A stretch of DNA of 64,000 nucleotides from an uncultured Gammaproteobacteria bacterium. GTDB taxonomy: Bacteria; Patescibacteriota; Microgenomatia; CAZETR01; Amesbacteraceae. Below the pieces are notes generated by a model. That model saw nothing but the letters and a program-made list of their open reading frames with translations, searched no databases and was not told the DNA's origin. The position numbers were made by a program, and so were the translations under genes. Positions 38,705 to 48,303 of this stretch are shown here, piece by piece; positions within the stretch are counted from its first letter, which is position 1, and every line of letters begins with the position of its first letter. Location of the stretch: assembly GCA_964633995.1 (NCBI GenBank), contig CAZWKN010000001.1, forward strand, positions 134,527 through 198,526, in the 5' to 3' direction.

Positions 38705-41227
38705 ATGTTTGAGATATTATATCGCAAGATGAGGAATACGCGAAGGATAACAAAGTCTCGATGGATGATTTGGTTGGCCGGAGGAACATTCTTAAGCTTA
38801 ATAGCGGGTGTGGTCGCGGTGGTGGCCGTATTTGCATATTTTGCTAAGGACTTGCCTAACCCTGATCGGGTGGTAAGACGTGAGGGGTTCGCCACTAAAA
38901 TATACGATCGCAAGGATCGGTTGTTGTATGACGTTTTTTCTGATCAGCGACGGACGCCGGTGGATTTTTCGCAGATGCCATTGGTGTTGCGCCAGGCGAC
39001 GATTTCAATAGAAGATAAAAATTTTTATAAACACCAAGGGTTTGATTTGTTGGGTTTGGTGCGGGCATTGGTGCTTCGGCCACTATTAACGGGCAGGTTT
39101 GAGGGTGCTTCGACACTAACCCAGCAGCTGGTTAAAAATACTTTATTGACTTCGCAAAGATCGGTGACCCGAAAACTTAAGGAATTTATTCTTACGTTAC
39201 AGGTTGAGCGAAAATATTCTAAGGACCAGATTTTGCAAATGTATTTAAACGAAGCGCCATATGGTGGAACGGCGTGGGGAGTTGAAGCAGCGTCTGAAAC
39301 TTATTTTGGAAAACCGGTCGCACAAGTAAATTTACCTGAGGCGGCGATTTTGGCAGGTTTACCCCAATCGCCAAGTGCATATTCTCCACTGGTGGGCAAA
39401 TTGTATTTGGACAGGGCGGTTTCGGTACTTAGAAGGATGCGAGAGGATGGGTATATAACTTCTATTCAAGAGCAGGAGGCCAAGAAGGCTCTTCCTGAGG
39501 TTAGTATCTCCACACAGTCGGGACTATTGAAGGCTCCACATTTTGTATTTTATGTTCGGAATATGTTGATTCAAAGATACGGTGAAAGAACAGTTGAGCA
39601 AGGTGGGTTGAAAGTAACAACGTCATTGGATTTGGATTTACAGGAAGTAGCTCAAAAAACAGTGTCTGAGGAAATAGATAAAGTTAAATATTTAAATATC
39701 ACTAACGGAGCGTCGGTTGTCATAAATCCCGAAAACGGCCAGATACTTGCTATGGTTGGTAGTCGGGGGTGGGACGACGAAAAATATGATGGAAAATATA
39801 ATGTGACCCTGGCAAAAAGACAGCCCGGATCGTCAATTAAACCGGTAGTATATCTGACAGGGCTTAGGAAAGGTTATACAGCAGCCACAATGTTAATGGA
39901 CGTAAAGACTGTTTTTCCGGGCGGGGATAAACCTGAATATGTGCCGGAAAATTATGACGGCAAGTTTCATGGACCTATGCTTTTGCGTGATGCATTGGGG
40001 AATTCCATAAATGTGCCGGCTGTAAAACTCTTAGCAATGGTTGGGATCAACGACTCACTTAAAATTGCCTATGATATGGGCTTTACTACTCTGGAACCCA
40101 CGCCCGATTTATTGAAAAGAGTCGGTTTATCTATGGCATTGGGGGGCGGAGAAGTGAGACTGCTGGACATGGTTTCTGCTTACAGCGCTTTTGCGAATGG
40201 CGGGAAAAGAGTTGAGCCGGTGGCGATTTTGAAAGTTACCGACGCGTCCGGCAAGGTTTTAGAAGAATGGAAACAGGGTTCCGGGCGACAAGTAGTGACT
40301 CCTGAGGAGGCCTACATAATTTCTTCAATGTTGGCTGATCCTGCGGCCAGAACAATTACGTTTGGGCCAAGAAGTGCTATTACTGTAGCCGGAAAAACAA
40401 TTTCTGTTAAAACCGGAACAACCAACGATAAAAAGGATAATTGGACCGTCGGATGGACACCAAGTGTGATTGCGGGGGTTTGGGTAGGAAATAATGACAA
40501 TAAACCCATGAAGGAAGTGGCGTCGGGAATAACGGGGGCTGCGCCGATTTGGAAAAAAATAATAAGCTTTGCCCTTAAAGATAAACAGGATGAACAGATA
40601 GCAACTCCTTCGGGAATCGTGGCGATGGACATTGATAAAATTTCTGGTTGGGCATCCCATGATGGTTTTGAGAGTCGGAAGGAATTTTTTGTCCGAGGTA
40701 CTGAACCTGCTGGCGAAGATCCGGTACATAAAAAAATAAAGGTATGTAAGGGTGAGGGAAAGTTGGCAACACCGGCTGATATTGCGTCCGGAAATTTTGA
40801 AGAAAAAGAAGCCTTGTACTTTAAGGAAGAAGATCCGTTTGAAGCTTATAATAAATCGAATAAGTGGCAGGAGGGAATTTTGAATTGGCTAAAGGACCAA
40901 CAGGATCCTAAGTATCATCCTCCGACGGATATGTGTGGCAATACCAACCCTTTGTGGATAACGATTAAAGATCCGGGTGAACATGGAAGGATAAATAGTA
41001 ACGACGTAAAGATAGTAGTAGAAGTAACCAGTACCGCAAATGTAAATAAGGTGGAATTTTATGTGGATGGCGTATTAAAGCAGACGCTAAATAGTTCGCC
41101 TTGGGAATTGACAGTTAATGTTTCCGATGGAAACCACAAGGTGGATATCAAGGCATGGGATGAACAGGGACATGACGGATCTAGATATGTGGAGTTTGGG
41201 GTAAATAAGGACTGGCAATCACCCTAG
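38705..41227 (+). CDS. Class A penicillin-binding protein (glycosyltransferase + transpeptidase) with C-terminal Ig-like extension
   Basis: TM anchor; GT51 motifs ISIEDKNFYKHQGFD, RKLKEFIL; transpeptidase SSIKP, SxN and KTGTT motifs. Confidence 0.85.
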   Translation: MFEILYRKMRNTRRITKSRWMIWLAGGTFLSLIAGVVAVVAVFAYFAKDLPNPDRVVRREGFATKIYDRKDRLLYDVFSDQRRTPVDFSQMPLVLRQATISIEDKNFYKHQGFDLLGLVRALVLRPLLTGRFEGASTLTQQLVKNTLLTSQRSVTRKLKEFILTLQVERKYSKDQILQMYLNEAPYGGTAWGVEAASETYFGKPVAQVNLPEAAILAGLPQSPSAYSPLVGKLYLDRAVSVLRRMREDGYITSIQEQEAKKALPEVSISTQSGLLKAPHFVFYVRNMLIQRYGERTVEQGGLKVTTSLDLDLQEVAQKTVSEEIDKVKYLNITNGASVVINPENGQILAMVGSRGWDDEKYDGKYNVTLAKRQPGSSIKPVVYLTGLRKGYTAATMLMDVKTVFPGGDKPEYVPENYDGKFHGPMLLRDALGNSINVPAVKLLAMVGINDSLKIAYDMGFTTLEPTPDLLKRVGLSMALGGGEVRLLDMVSAYSAFANGGKRVEPVAILKVTDASGKVLEEWKQGSGRQVVTPEEAYIISSMLADPAARTITFGPRSAITVAGKTISVKTGTTNDKKDNWTVGWTPSVIAGVWVGNNDNKPMKEVASGITGAAPIWKKIISFALKDKQDEQIATPSGIVAMDIDKISGWASHDGFESRKEFFVRGTEPAGEDPVHKKIKVCKGEGKLATPADIASGNFEEKEALYFKEEDPFEAYNKSNKWQEGILNWLKDQQDPKYHPPTDMCGNTNPLWITIKDPGEHGRINSNDVKIVVEVTSTANVNKVEFYVDGVLKQTLNSSPWELTVNVSDGNHKVDIKAWDEQGHDGSRYVEFGVNKDWQSP

Positions 41228-43051
41228 TTTTTCACGGATGGGAGCGATATCTTCTTTGGTGAGCTGGCGGGTTTGGTCTAGGAAAGTCAGGCGAAGAGTA
41301 AGTTTGTCACCATATTTTTCTATAAATTCTACCGACTGAATCAGTGGGGATGTTTTGTAAATACGGGATTCAAGCTCTTTATAAGAGCCGGTGTGGGTAA
41401 CGTTGATATCCTCTATGATGGGGGCAAATTTGGAAATTGGTTGAAATTGCTTAATTTTAGTGGCAGAGGTATAGACTGATGATAAATCGATTTCAACACA
41501 CGTAAAGTTTGCCTTCGTGGTGACGACGGAATGTATTTTGCAGCCTAGGTCTTTTTGTAAATTATCAATAACTCCCATAAGGTGGGGCAGGCCGTTGGGT
41601 TTTGATGTGGCGATGGCCAGATGAAGAACTTCTTTTGGTAAATCCTCTTTTTGAGGAAGATAGACATTGGCTATTTCAAAAATATTTATTTCGGATACCC
41701 GACCAAAGTTTTCAGTAACTACGGCCTTGAGGGATGGGCTAAGGGTGGTGCGGAGAAATTTCCAGTCCTCTGTAAGATAATTCTTTAGTGATAAACCTGT
41801 GTCGTGTGGAACGAGAGAATATGTATAAGTTTCGGTGTAGCCCCAGTATTTGAGTGCCGATTTAATTTCTGAAATCCAATGAAATTCTTGTTCGTTGGGT
41901 CTTAATGTAGGTAAATCTCCGGACATAATTTTGCTTGGGATATTATGATAGCCGTAGATTCTGGCCACCTCTTCGACTAAATCCTCAGGCAGTAAAACAT
42001 CTTTGGATCTGATCCATGAAACCCCGATTTCTTTTTCCGAAACAACATCGAATTCTAATGATTGAAGGATTTTCTTAATTTCCGAAAAAGATAAATTAAC
42101 ACCCAGGCGGGTACTTATAAGTTCTGTGAGCGAGGTTTGAAGTTTGATTACTGAAGTTTGTGGTTTGATATTGAGAACGTCTAACACTTTAGCTTCGGGA
42201 ACTCCCTTGGTAAAATGTTTGAAAAGTTGAAGACCTAAATTTAGAGTGGGGAGGACATTTTCCACTGATAGTCCTTTTTCGAAAAGAACTGCTGCGTTTG
42301 TTCTGTGGGCTAGTTTCATCGAGGTTTTCCTAATGGCGGTTGGTTCATAAACCTGAACAAAAAGTAGAACGTTTTTGGTGTGTAAGTCTACTGCAGAGTT
42401 GGCCCCACCCATAATTCCACATAGGTCAATGATTTTTTTGGAACCATCTTCTATGACAATGTCATCTCCCGGAAGAATGTGGGACTTGCCGTCTAAGGTG
42501 GTGATTTGCTCCCCAGATCTGCTTTTACGCAACGTCATGTGAGCACCCGATATTTTGTCGTAATCAAAGGTGTGTACTGGTTGGCCCATTTCGAGCATTA
42601 GGTAGTTGCTGATATCTACAACATTATTTAGACTTCTTTGACCAGCTAGCTCTAGACGTTTAACGATAAAATCAGGAGATTTGTCGACTGTTACATTCCT
42701 GATAAGTACAGCGGAAAACCTGTCACACAAGCTTTTGTCCAGGGTGACTTTGAGATATTCGACGTGGGGATAGGTGGTTAAGCTTAGCTTTTCTTTGTAC
42801 GGATCCCTTTTAAGCTTAGCGGTATAACCAAATCTAGGCAGAATGGCAAGACATTCGAAAGCGATGCCGGTGACTGACATCATGTCTACCCGATTGGTAG
42901 TAACCTCGATATCGTAAACGTAATCCCCTTCTTTTTCATACAACCTTTCAATTGAGGGGCCACACAAAGATAAGGCGTGCTGAATTTGTTTTGGGGTAGC
43001 ATTGGTGTCGAGATAATCTCTAAGCCAAGAATCTGGTATGAGTATTTGCAT
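41219..43051 (-). CDS. pheT: Phenylalanine--tRNA ligase beta subunit (compact form)
   Basis: 610 aa; MQILIPDSWLRDYL B3/4 N-terminus, catalytic-like core; follows pheS. Confidence 0.9.
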   Translation of the reverse strand: MQILIPDSWLRDYLDTNATPKQIQHALSLCGPSIERLYEKEGDYVYDIEVTTNRVDMMSVTGIAFECLAILPRFGYTAKLKRDPYKEKLSLTTYPHVEYLKVTLDKSLCDRFSAVLIRNVTVDKSPDFIVKRLELAGQRSLNNVVDISNYLMLEMGQPVHTFDYDKISGAHMTLRKSRSGEQITTLDGKSHILPGDDIVIEDGSKKIIDLCGIMGGANSAVDLHTKNVLLFVQVYEPTAIRKTSMKLAHRTNAAVLFEKGLSVENVLPTLNLGLQLFKHFTKGVPEAKVLDVLNIKPQTSVIKLQTSLTELISTRLGVNLSFSEIKKILQSLEFDVVSEKEIGVSWIRSKDVLLPEDLVEEVARIYGYHNIPSKIMSGDLPTLRPNEQEFHWISEIKSALKYWGYTETYTYSLVPHDTGLSLKNYLTEDWKFLRTTLSPSLKAVVTENFGRVSEINIFEIANVYLPQKEDLPKEVLHLAIATSKPNGLPHLMGVIDNLQKDLGCKIHSVVTTKANFTCVEIDLSSVYTSATKIKQFQPISKFAPIIEDINVTHTGSYKELESRIYKTSPLIQSVEFIEKYGDKLTLRLTFLDQTRQLTKEDIAPIREKLG

Positions 43052-43053
43052 AG

Positions 43054-44079
43054 TTAAAATTGATTTAGAAATCTAATATCGTTGGAATACAAAAGTCTAA
43101 GATCCGGGATTTTCAGGCCTGATTTCATCATATAGCTTCTTTCTACGCCCCAACCAAAAGCGAACCCGGTATAGTGTTTGGGGTCTATTTTGCCGGCCTT
43201 TAGGACATTTGGATGAACCATGCCGGCCCCTCCTAGCTCTAGCCAACCTTCCTTGCAGAGTTTGCAGCCCTGCCCTAGGCAAATGTCACAACTAACATCG
43301 ACCTCGAATGAGGGCTCAGTAAACTGAAAGTGATATGGTCTTAGGCGGGATTTTCGATTTGGTCCGAAAAATTGGTTAACAAAATAATCAATCGTGCCCT
43401 TTAGGTGGGTGATGTTGATGTCTTTATCTACTACCAAACCTTCAAATTGGTGAAACATAACAGTGTGTGAGACGTCTGACTGTCTCCTGTAGCATTTGGC
43501 GATATTAATCATTCTGATGGGTGGACCGCCCAGGCGTTCCATTTCCCTGACTTGACCGTTTGAAGTGTGAGGGGTTAGGACCATTTTGCCCATTTTTGGG
43601 TGATCCTGCGTGTCTACAAAAAAGGTTTCCCATTCGTCGCGAGCCGGGTGGCTTTTGGGCATATTTAATGATTCAAAGGCATAGTGATCCCAATCTACTT
43701 CTGGATAACGAACACGGATAAATCCAATTTTTTCGAAAATGGTCGAAATTTCTTTGATGGCAGTGGTAACTGGATGCAGATGGCCAAGGGGAGGGCGAAT
43801 ACCGGGGAGGGTAGGATCCTCGGGAATTTGAAATTTTAAATTTGAAATTTTTAATTTTGAATAAAGTGTTTCGGTTATGGAAATTTTGACGTCGTTGAAG
43901 AGTTGGCCGATTTCGGATTTTTCTTCTGCCGAAAGAGAGGAGAAGTTTTGGGCAATTTGGGCCAGAGATCCTTTTTTGCCAAGATATTGAATTTTTAGGC
44001 GGTCTAGTTCGTCCTGACTATTGGCGTCCAATATTTGGGCAATGGCTGAATTTTTGAGATTTATGAGTTGTTCGCGCAT
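43054..44079 (-). CDS. pheS: Phenylalanine--tRNA ligase alpha subunit
   Basis: 341 aa; class II motifs FRPxYFPFTEPS-like (HFQFTEPSFEVDV), GWLELGGAGMVHPNVL. Confidence 0.9.
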   Translation of the reverse strand: MREQLINLKNSAIAQILDANSQDELDRLKIQYLGKKGSLAQIAQNFSSLSAEEKSEIGQLFNDVKISITETLYSKLKISNLKFQIPEDPTLPGIRPPLGHLHPVTTAIKEISTIFEKIGFIRVRYPEVDWDHYAFESLNMPKSHPARDEWETFFVDTQDHPKMGKMVLTPHTSNGQVREMERLGGPPIRMINIAKCYRRQSDVSHTVMFHQFEGLVVDKDINITHLKGTIDYFVNQFFGPNRKSRLRPYHFQFTEPSFEVDVSCDICLGQGCKLCKEGWLELGGAGMVHPNVLKAGKIDPKHYTGFAFGWGVERSYMMKSGLKIPDLRLLYSNDIRFLNQF

Positions 44080-44139
44080 AGATTGATAATAACAAAAAAA
44101 TCCCCTTTCGGGGATCCTTGAAATTTATTTCAAAGTCCC

Positions 44140-44490
44140 CTACTTGTGAGATTTAAAGCCGGCGATTTTTGTTATTTCTGCAAATACCTTGGGTTGGTTG
44201 GTGGCTAGTTCGGATAATATTTTCCTGTCCAGGCTAATATGTGATTTTTTGAGTCCTGAGATAAAAGTAGAATAAGTTAAATCCATAGATCTAAGAGCTG
44301 CGTTGATGCGGACTATCCAGGTGGATCTTAAGTCACGTTTTCTAAGTGCTCTGCCGCCAAAAGCGTATTGGCCAGCATGGGCTAGGGTTTCTTTGGCTAC
44401 TTTGTAGAGCCGGTTTTTGGTCATCCTAAACCCTTTGGCTCGCCTTAGGAGTTTTTTATGTCTTTGTAATCTGGGTGATTTGACTCTCAT
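44140..44490 (-). CDS. rplT: 50S ribosomal protein L20
   Basis: MRVKSPRLQRHKKLLRRAKGFRMTKNRLYKVAKE... Confidence 0.9.
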   Translation of the reverse strand: MRVKSPRLQRHKKLLRRAKGFRMTKNRLYKVAKETLAHAGQYAFGGRALRKRDLRSTWIVRINAALRSMDLTYSTFISGLKKSHISLDRKILSELATNQPKVFAEITKIAGFKSHK

Positions 44491-44498
44491 AATGTTTG

Positions 44499-44699
44499 TT
44501 AGGCTAGGCCCATCAGGCGTTTAATTCTCCTGCCTACTCTTCCTGTAACAACTTTGGTTAGTTTGTATCCTCGTTTTTGTCTTTTACTCTTATTTCTTCT
44601 GATATGACGGCCGAAGGCAACACGTCGTAATACCTTGCCGGTAGCGCTTATTTTAAAACGCTTGGTGCTGGATTTTTTTGACTTTTGTTTGACTTTCAT
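44499..44699 (-). CDS. rpmI: 50S ribosomal protein L35
   Basis: Start MKVKQKSKKSSTKRFKISATGKVLRR; lysine-rich L35. Confidence 0.85.
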   Translation of the reverse strand: MKVKQKSKKSSTKRFKISATGKVLRRVAFGRHIRRNKSKRQKRGYKLTKVVTGRVGRRIKRLMGLA

Positions 44700-44700
44700 A

Positions 44701-45219
44701 TTATTTTTTCTTGATAGGTGTAACTGTGGCAATAAATTGCCTGCCTAGCCATTTGGCGGGTTGGTCTACGGTAGCTATTTCTGCAAGTTGGGAGAAGGCC
44801 TTTTGCATGATGGTGTCCCCAAATTCTCTATGGCCAAGTTGTCTTCCGACAAACTTGACACAAATACGTAATTTGTGGCCATCAGACAAAAAATCTTTAC
44901 CTCGGTTAATCTTAACTTGAAAATCGTTTTCAGCCATAAATGGCGTTAAGCGAATTTCTTTGAGATCAACTTTTTTGGCTGCAGATTTGGCTGCCTGTTC
45001 TTTTTTGGCAAGCTGATATTTCAGTTTTTTGAAATTGATCAGTTTGACTACTGGTGGAATTGCCTGTGGGGCAATTTCTACAGCGTCGGTACCTGCTAAT
45101 TGGCTTTGGGAAAGTGCTTCTTCCTTGGTAACTATGCCGATTTGGGTGCCATCTTCACGTAGCAAACGAACCTGTTTGGCTTGAATTTGGTGGTTGATTC
45201 GGAATGTCGGTGTAGTCAC
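44701..45219 (-). CDS. infC: Translation initiation factor IF-3
   Basis: 172 aa; INHQIQAKQVRLLREDGTQIGIVTKEEAL N-domain; C-domain VKLINFKKLKYQ; conserved thrS-infC-rpmI-rplT order. Confidence 0.85.
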   Translation of the reverse strand: MTTPTFRINHQIQAKQVRLLREDGTQIGIVTKEEALSQSQLAGTDAVEIAPQAIPPVVKLINFKKLKYQLAKKEQAAKSAAKKVDLKEIRLTPFMAENDFQVKINRGKDFLSDGHKLRICVKFVGRQLGHREFGDTIMQKAFSQLAEIATVDQPAKWLGRQFIATVTPIKKK

Positions 45220-46481
45220 TAGGCGAAGGAAATTATATCATGGCTGACGGCAGATGTGAACTCGGACAGTTTTAGGGTGGTCGATTCCTTTGAACCCCTT
45301 TTACGAGCCGAGACGGATTCTGATTCAACTTCACGGTCCCCTACTACAAGTATGTATGGGACTTTTTGGAGCTGGGCATCTCTGATACGGGCGTTTAGGG
45401 GCTCATTTTTATCATTTAGTTCAATCCTAATTCCAGCTGCTTTTAACGATGCACCAACCTTATTGGCGTAGTCGGTTTGTTTGTCTGAAATAGGCAAAAT
45501 GACAACCTGAACAGGTGCCAGCCAAACCGGAAATGCCCCGGCGTATTTTTCGATAAGAAAGGCGATCACGCGTTCGATTGCCCCGATTGAGCTTCTATGA
45601 ATAACAATTGCTTGTTCCGAAAGCCCTTGTTCGTTTGTGTAATTTAGACCAAATCGTTGTGGCATGACAAAATCGTATTGCACTGTAAAAGCCGTATCCT
45701 CTTTGCCATTGATGTTTTTCATTTGAATATCGATTTTTGGCCCGTAAAAAGCTGCCTCGTTGGATGCTTCTACAAAGTTTGAATTGCGTTCGATAAGGAC
45801 TTGCCTGAGAACGTTTTCGGCAAAATCCCAGGAAGCATCGTCTTTATAATATTTCTTTGAATCTGATCGGTCTCCCAAGGAGAGCCTGTATGTGTAATCA
45901 TTTCCGGCTTGTAGACCTAGGACCGAAGCCAGTCGTTCTATGAGATCCAAGACAGAGTTAATTTCGTGTTTGGCTTGATCTTTTCTGGCAATGATGTGGG
46001 CATCGGCTAAACAAAACGAGCGGACTCTCTGTAAACCCATAAGCTCTCCGGATTTTTCGAACCGGTAAAGTTTGGCGAGTTCAGCGAGGCGTACGGGTAA
46101 TTCTTTGTAGCTGTGGGGTTTGGAAAGATATAGTTCAAAGTGGTGAGGACAGGTCATGGGGCGGAGCATGAATTCTTCGTCTTCGATCTGGATGGGAGCA
46201 TACATGGAATCCTTGTAATAAGGATAATGCCCTGATTTTTTATAAAGATCTAGTTTGGCAATGTCTGGGGTGTAGACATGTAAATAACCATCTTTTAATT
46301 CCTCGTCCACGACCCAACGCTCTAGCTCCCTGCGGATTACTGATCCCTTGGGTGTCCACAAAGGTAAGCCCTTGCCGACTGTGTCGGAAAAAGTGAAAAG
46401 ATCTAATTCACGACCAAGTTTTTTGTGGTCGTTTTCCTTTAGTATGGATTGGTCTTGATTTGTCATGAATAAAAATGCCAC
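45219..46481 (-). CDS. thrS: Threonine--tRNA ligase, catalytic + anticodon-binding core only (no N-terminal TGS/editing domains)
   Basis: 420 aa; class II motifs RPMTCPHH, FRLADAHI-like, HRSSIGAIERVIAFLIE; C-terminal anticodon-binding domain. Confidence 0.85.
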   Translation of the reverse strand: MAFLFMTNQDQSILKENDHKKLGRELDLFTFSDTVGKGLPLWTPKGSVIRRELERWVVDEELKDGYLHVYTPDIAKLDLYKKSGHYPYYKDSMYAPIQIEDEEFMLRPMTCPHHFELYLSKPHSYKELPVRLAELAKLYRFEKSGELMGLQRVRSFCLADAHIIARKDQAKHEINSVLDLIERLASVLGLQAGNDYTYRLSLGDRSDSKKYYKDDASWDFAENVLRQVLIERNSNFVEASNEAAFYGPKIDIQMKNINGKEDTAFTVQYDFVMPQRFGLNYTNEQGLSEQAIVIHRSSIGAIERVIAFLIEKYAGAFPVWLAPVQVVILPISDKQTDYANKVGASLKAAGIRIELNDKNEPLNARIRDAQLQKVPYILVVGDREVESESVSARKRGSKESTTLKLSEFTSAVSHDIISFA

Positions 46482-46580
46482 TCAGTTCGTTACTCCCAGG
46501 GTTCCAAGTAACTACTTTGGTGGCTCAATATATGTTTCGGATTGCGCGAGTTGGTGAGGTTCGCACCGAATGAATTAATG

Positions 46581-47429
46581 TTAATTATCTGCTAGTGATT
46601 TGACGATGTCAATGTCTTTTTTTCTGGGGCCGGACTTGCCATCTCCGGGGACTTCCAAAATAATTGGACAATTGGGAACTTGGGATTGGCATTTGGACAG
46701 AAAACTTTTTAGATTGTCTGAACCGATTTTTCCTTCACCGATGTTTTCGTGGCGATCTAAGTGGGAAGCAAATTCTGTTTTGGAATCGTTGAAGTGAATA
46801 GCGGATAATCGCTTGAGACCTATACTTTTATCAAATTTCAAAAGGACTGATTCCAAGCTTATGCCACTGGCAAAACAGTGCTGGGTATCCAGACAAACGC
46901 CGATTTTTGATTTGTCCCCCACTCTACTAATTATTTCACCCAATTCGTCAAAAGTAGAACCTATGGTACCTGCATGTCCTGCCGCGTTTTCTAAAATTAG
47001 ACGGACGCCTTTGGGAGAACTGTCCAAAACATAATTTATAGAAGCCACGATTTGGTTGATAGTTTTATCTAGGCCTACGCCTTTGTGGCTGCCTACATGA
47101 AAGATGGTGCCTACGGCCCCTATTTCTCCGGCCAGTTGTTGATAAAAAATCAGTGAATCGATGCTGAGTTTTAACAACTGGTCGTTATCTGAAGCTAAAT
47201 TTACTAGGTAGACTCCATGGAAAAAATGCGGACCAATTGCGTGTTGGGTTTTTTTGTCTAAATACTTTTTTATAATTTGAGGGGAAACCGGGTTGGTGGT
47301 TAATGATCTTGGGGAAGATGCAAATGTCATTAAACAATTTCCGCCCAATTCAACTATTCGGTCAATCGATTTGTCCAGTCCTCCGGCTATTGATACATGC
47401 CCGCCAATAAACATAAGAAGTGATTCCAT
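46581..47429 (-). CDS. nfo: Endonuclease IV (AP endonuclease family 2)
   Basis: 282 aa; HVSIAGG, GVCLDTQHCFASG, HFNDSK Zn-ligand motifs. Confidence 0.85.
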   Translation of the reverse strand: MESLLMFIGGHVSIAGGLDKSIDRIVELGGNCLMTFASSPRSLTTNPVSPQIIKKYLDKKTQHAIGPHFFHGVYLVNLASDNDQLLKLSIDSLIFYQQLAGEIGAVGTIFHVGSHKGVGLDKTINQIVASINYVLDSSPKGVRLILENAAGHAGTIGSTFDELGEIISRVGDKSKIGVCLDTQHCFASGISLESVLLKFDKSIGLKRLSAIHFNDSKTEFASHLDRHENIGEGKIGSDNLKSFLSKCQSQVPNCPIILEVPGDGKSGPRKKDIDIVKSLADN

Positions 47430-47467
47430 TATATACCTATTTTAAGGTATTTTGTGGAGAGAATGGG

Positions 47468-47541
47468 TGGACCCGACAGGGCTCGAACCTGTGACCTCGG
47501 CAATGTCAATGCCGCGCTCTAGCCAACTGAGCTACGAGTCC
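47468..47541 (-). tRNA. tRNA-Val (anticodon GAC)
   Basis: Manual fold: GGACUCG acceptor (U5-G68 wobble), D-arm GCUCAGUUGGCUAGAGC, anticodon loop UUGACAU, T-loop GGTTCGAGCCC. Confidence 0.85.
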
Positions 47542-47574
47542 GCTGGGGATATTATATCAGTTTAGATTTTGAAT

Positions 47575-48303
47575 TTATCTAAATTTATTTGTAACTTCTT
47601 CCAAGCTAGATAAGCCTAGAGGTCTACGCGTAGCAAATGCCTCTCCGTATTTTGCTCCTGAAATGTATCCCAACCATCTGGATCTTGCCACCCACGCTTC
47701 CATGAAATCAGGATCGAGCAACTCTTTTGTGTAATTGCCATCACTGTCTTTTTTGAATAATTGTGATTTATGGCAATACAATGCTTTCATCTTTGTAACC
47801 TGTGTGCTTGAAATATCAAAGATGAATGACGGCTCAAACTCATAGTGAATCATGTAATAGAGTACTAGACTTATTTTGTGGGGTAGAATGTGAGGAATGA
47901 TTTTGTGGTATTTTGCTGATTGTATCGCCCTTTCTATTAATATTGATGCATCTCGGTGGGCGCGATGACGATCGTGCCAGTGTGGGACAATGACTGTGTT
48001 CGGCCTATATTTTCTGATTATTTCTATAATTCGATCTTCATTATTAGCCGTAGGGACAAGCTCTCTGTCTGGCATATTTAGATTTTCTCTAACTATTACG
48101 CCCATAATTTTGGCCGATTCTTGTGCTTCAGATAGTCGGGTATTGCCAGCTGCGGTTTCGGAATTATCGCCCTGAGTCAGGTCAATAATACCTATCTTTT
48201 TCCCCTGTTTGGAAAGAGCCGAGATGGTACCACCTGCACACGCTTCTACGTCGTCGGGATGGGCTCCGAAAGCAAGAATGTCTAATTGATCAACAGTATT
48301 CAT
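47575..48303 (-). CDS. PIG-L/LmbE-family N-acetylglucosaminyl deacetylase
   Basis: 242 aa; ILAFGAHPDDVEACAGG (AHPDDxE zinc motif), HxxH region. Confidence 0.75.
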   Translation of the reverse strand: MNTVDQLDILAFGAHPDDVEACAGGTISALSKQGKKIGIIDLTQGDNSETAAGNTRLSEAQESAKIMGVIVRENLNMPDRELVPTANNEDRIIEIIRKYRPNTVIVPHWHDRHRAHRDASILIERAIQSAKYHKIIPHILPHKISLVLYYMIHYEFEPSFIFDISSTQVTKMKALYCHKSQLFKKDSDGNYTKELLDPDFMEAWVARSRWLGYISGAKYGEAFATRRPLGLSSLEEVTNKFR

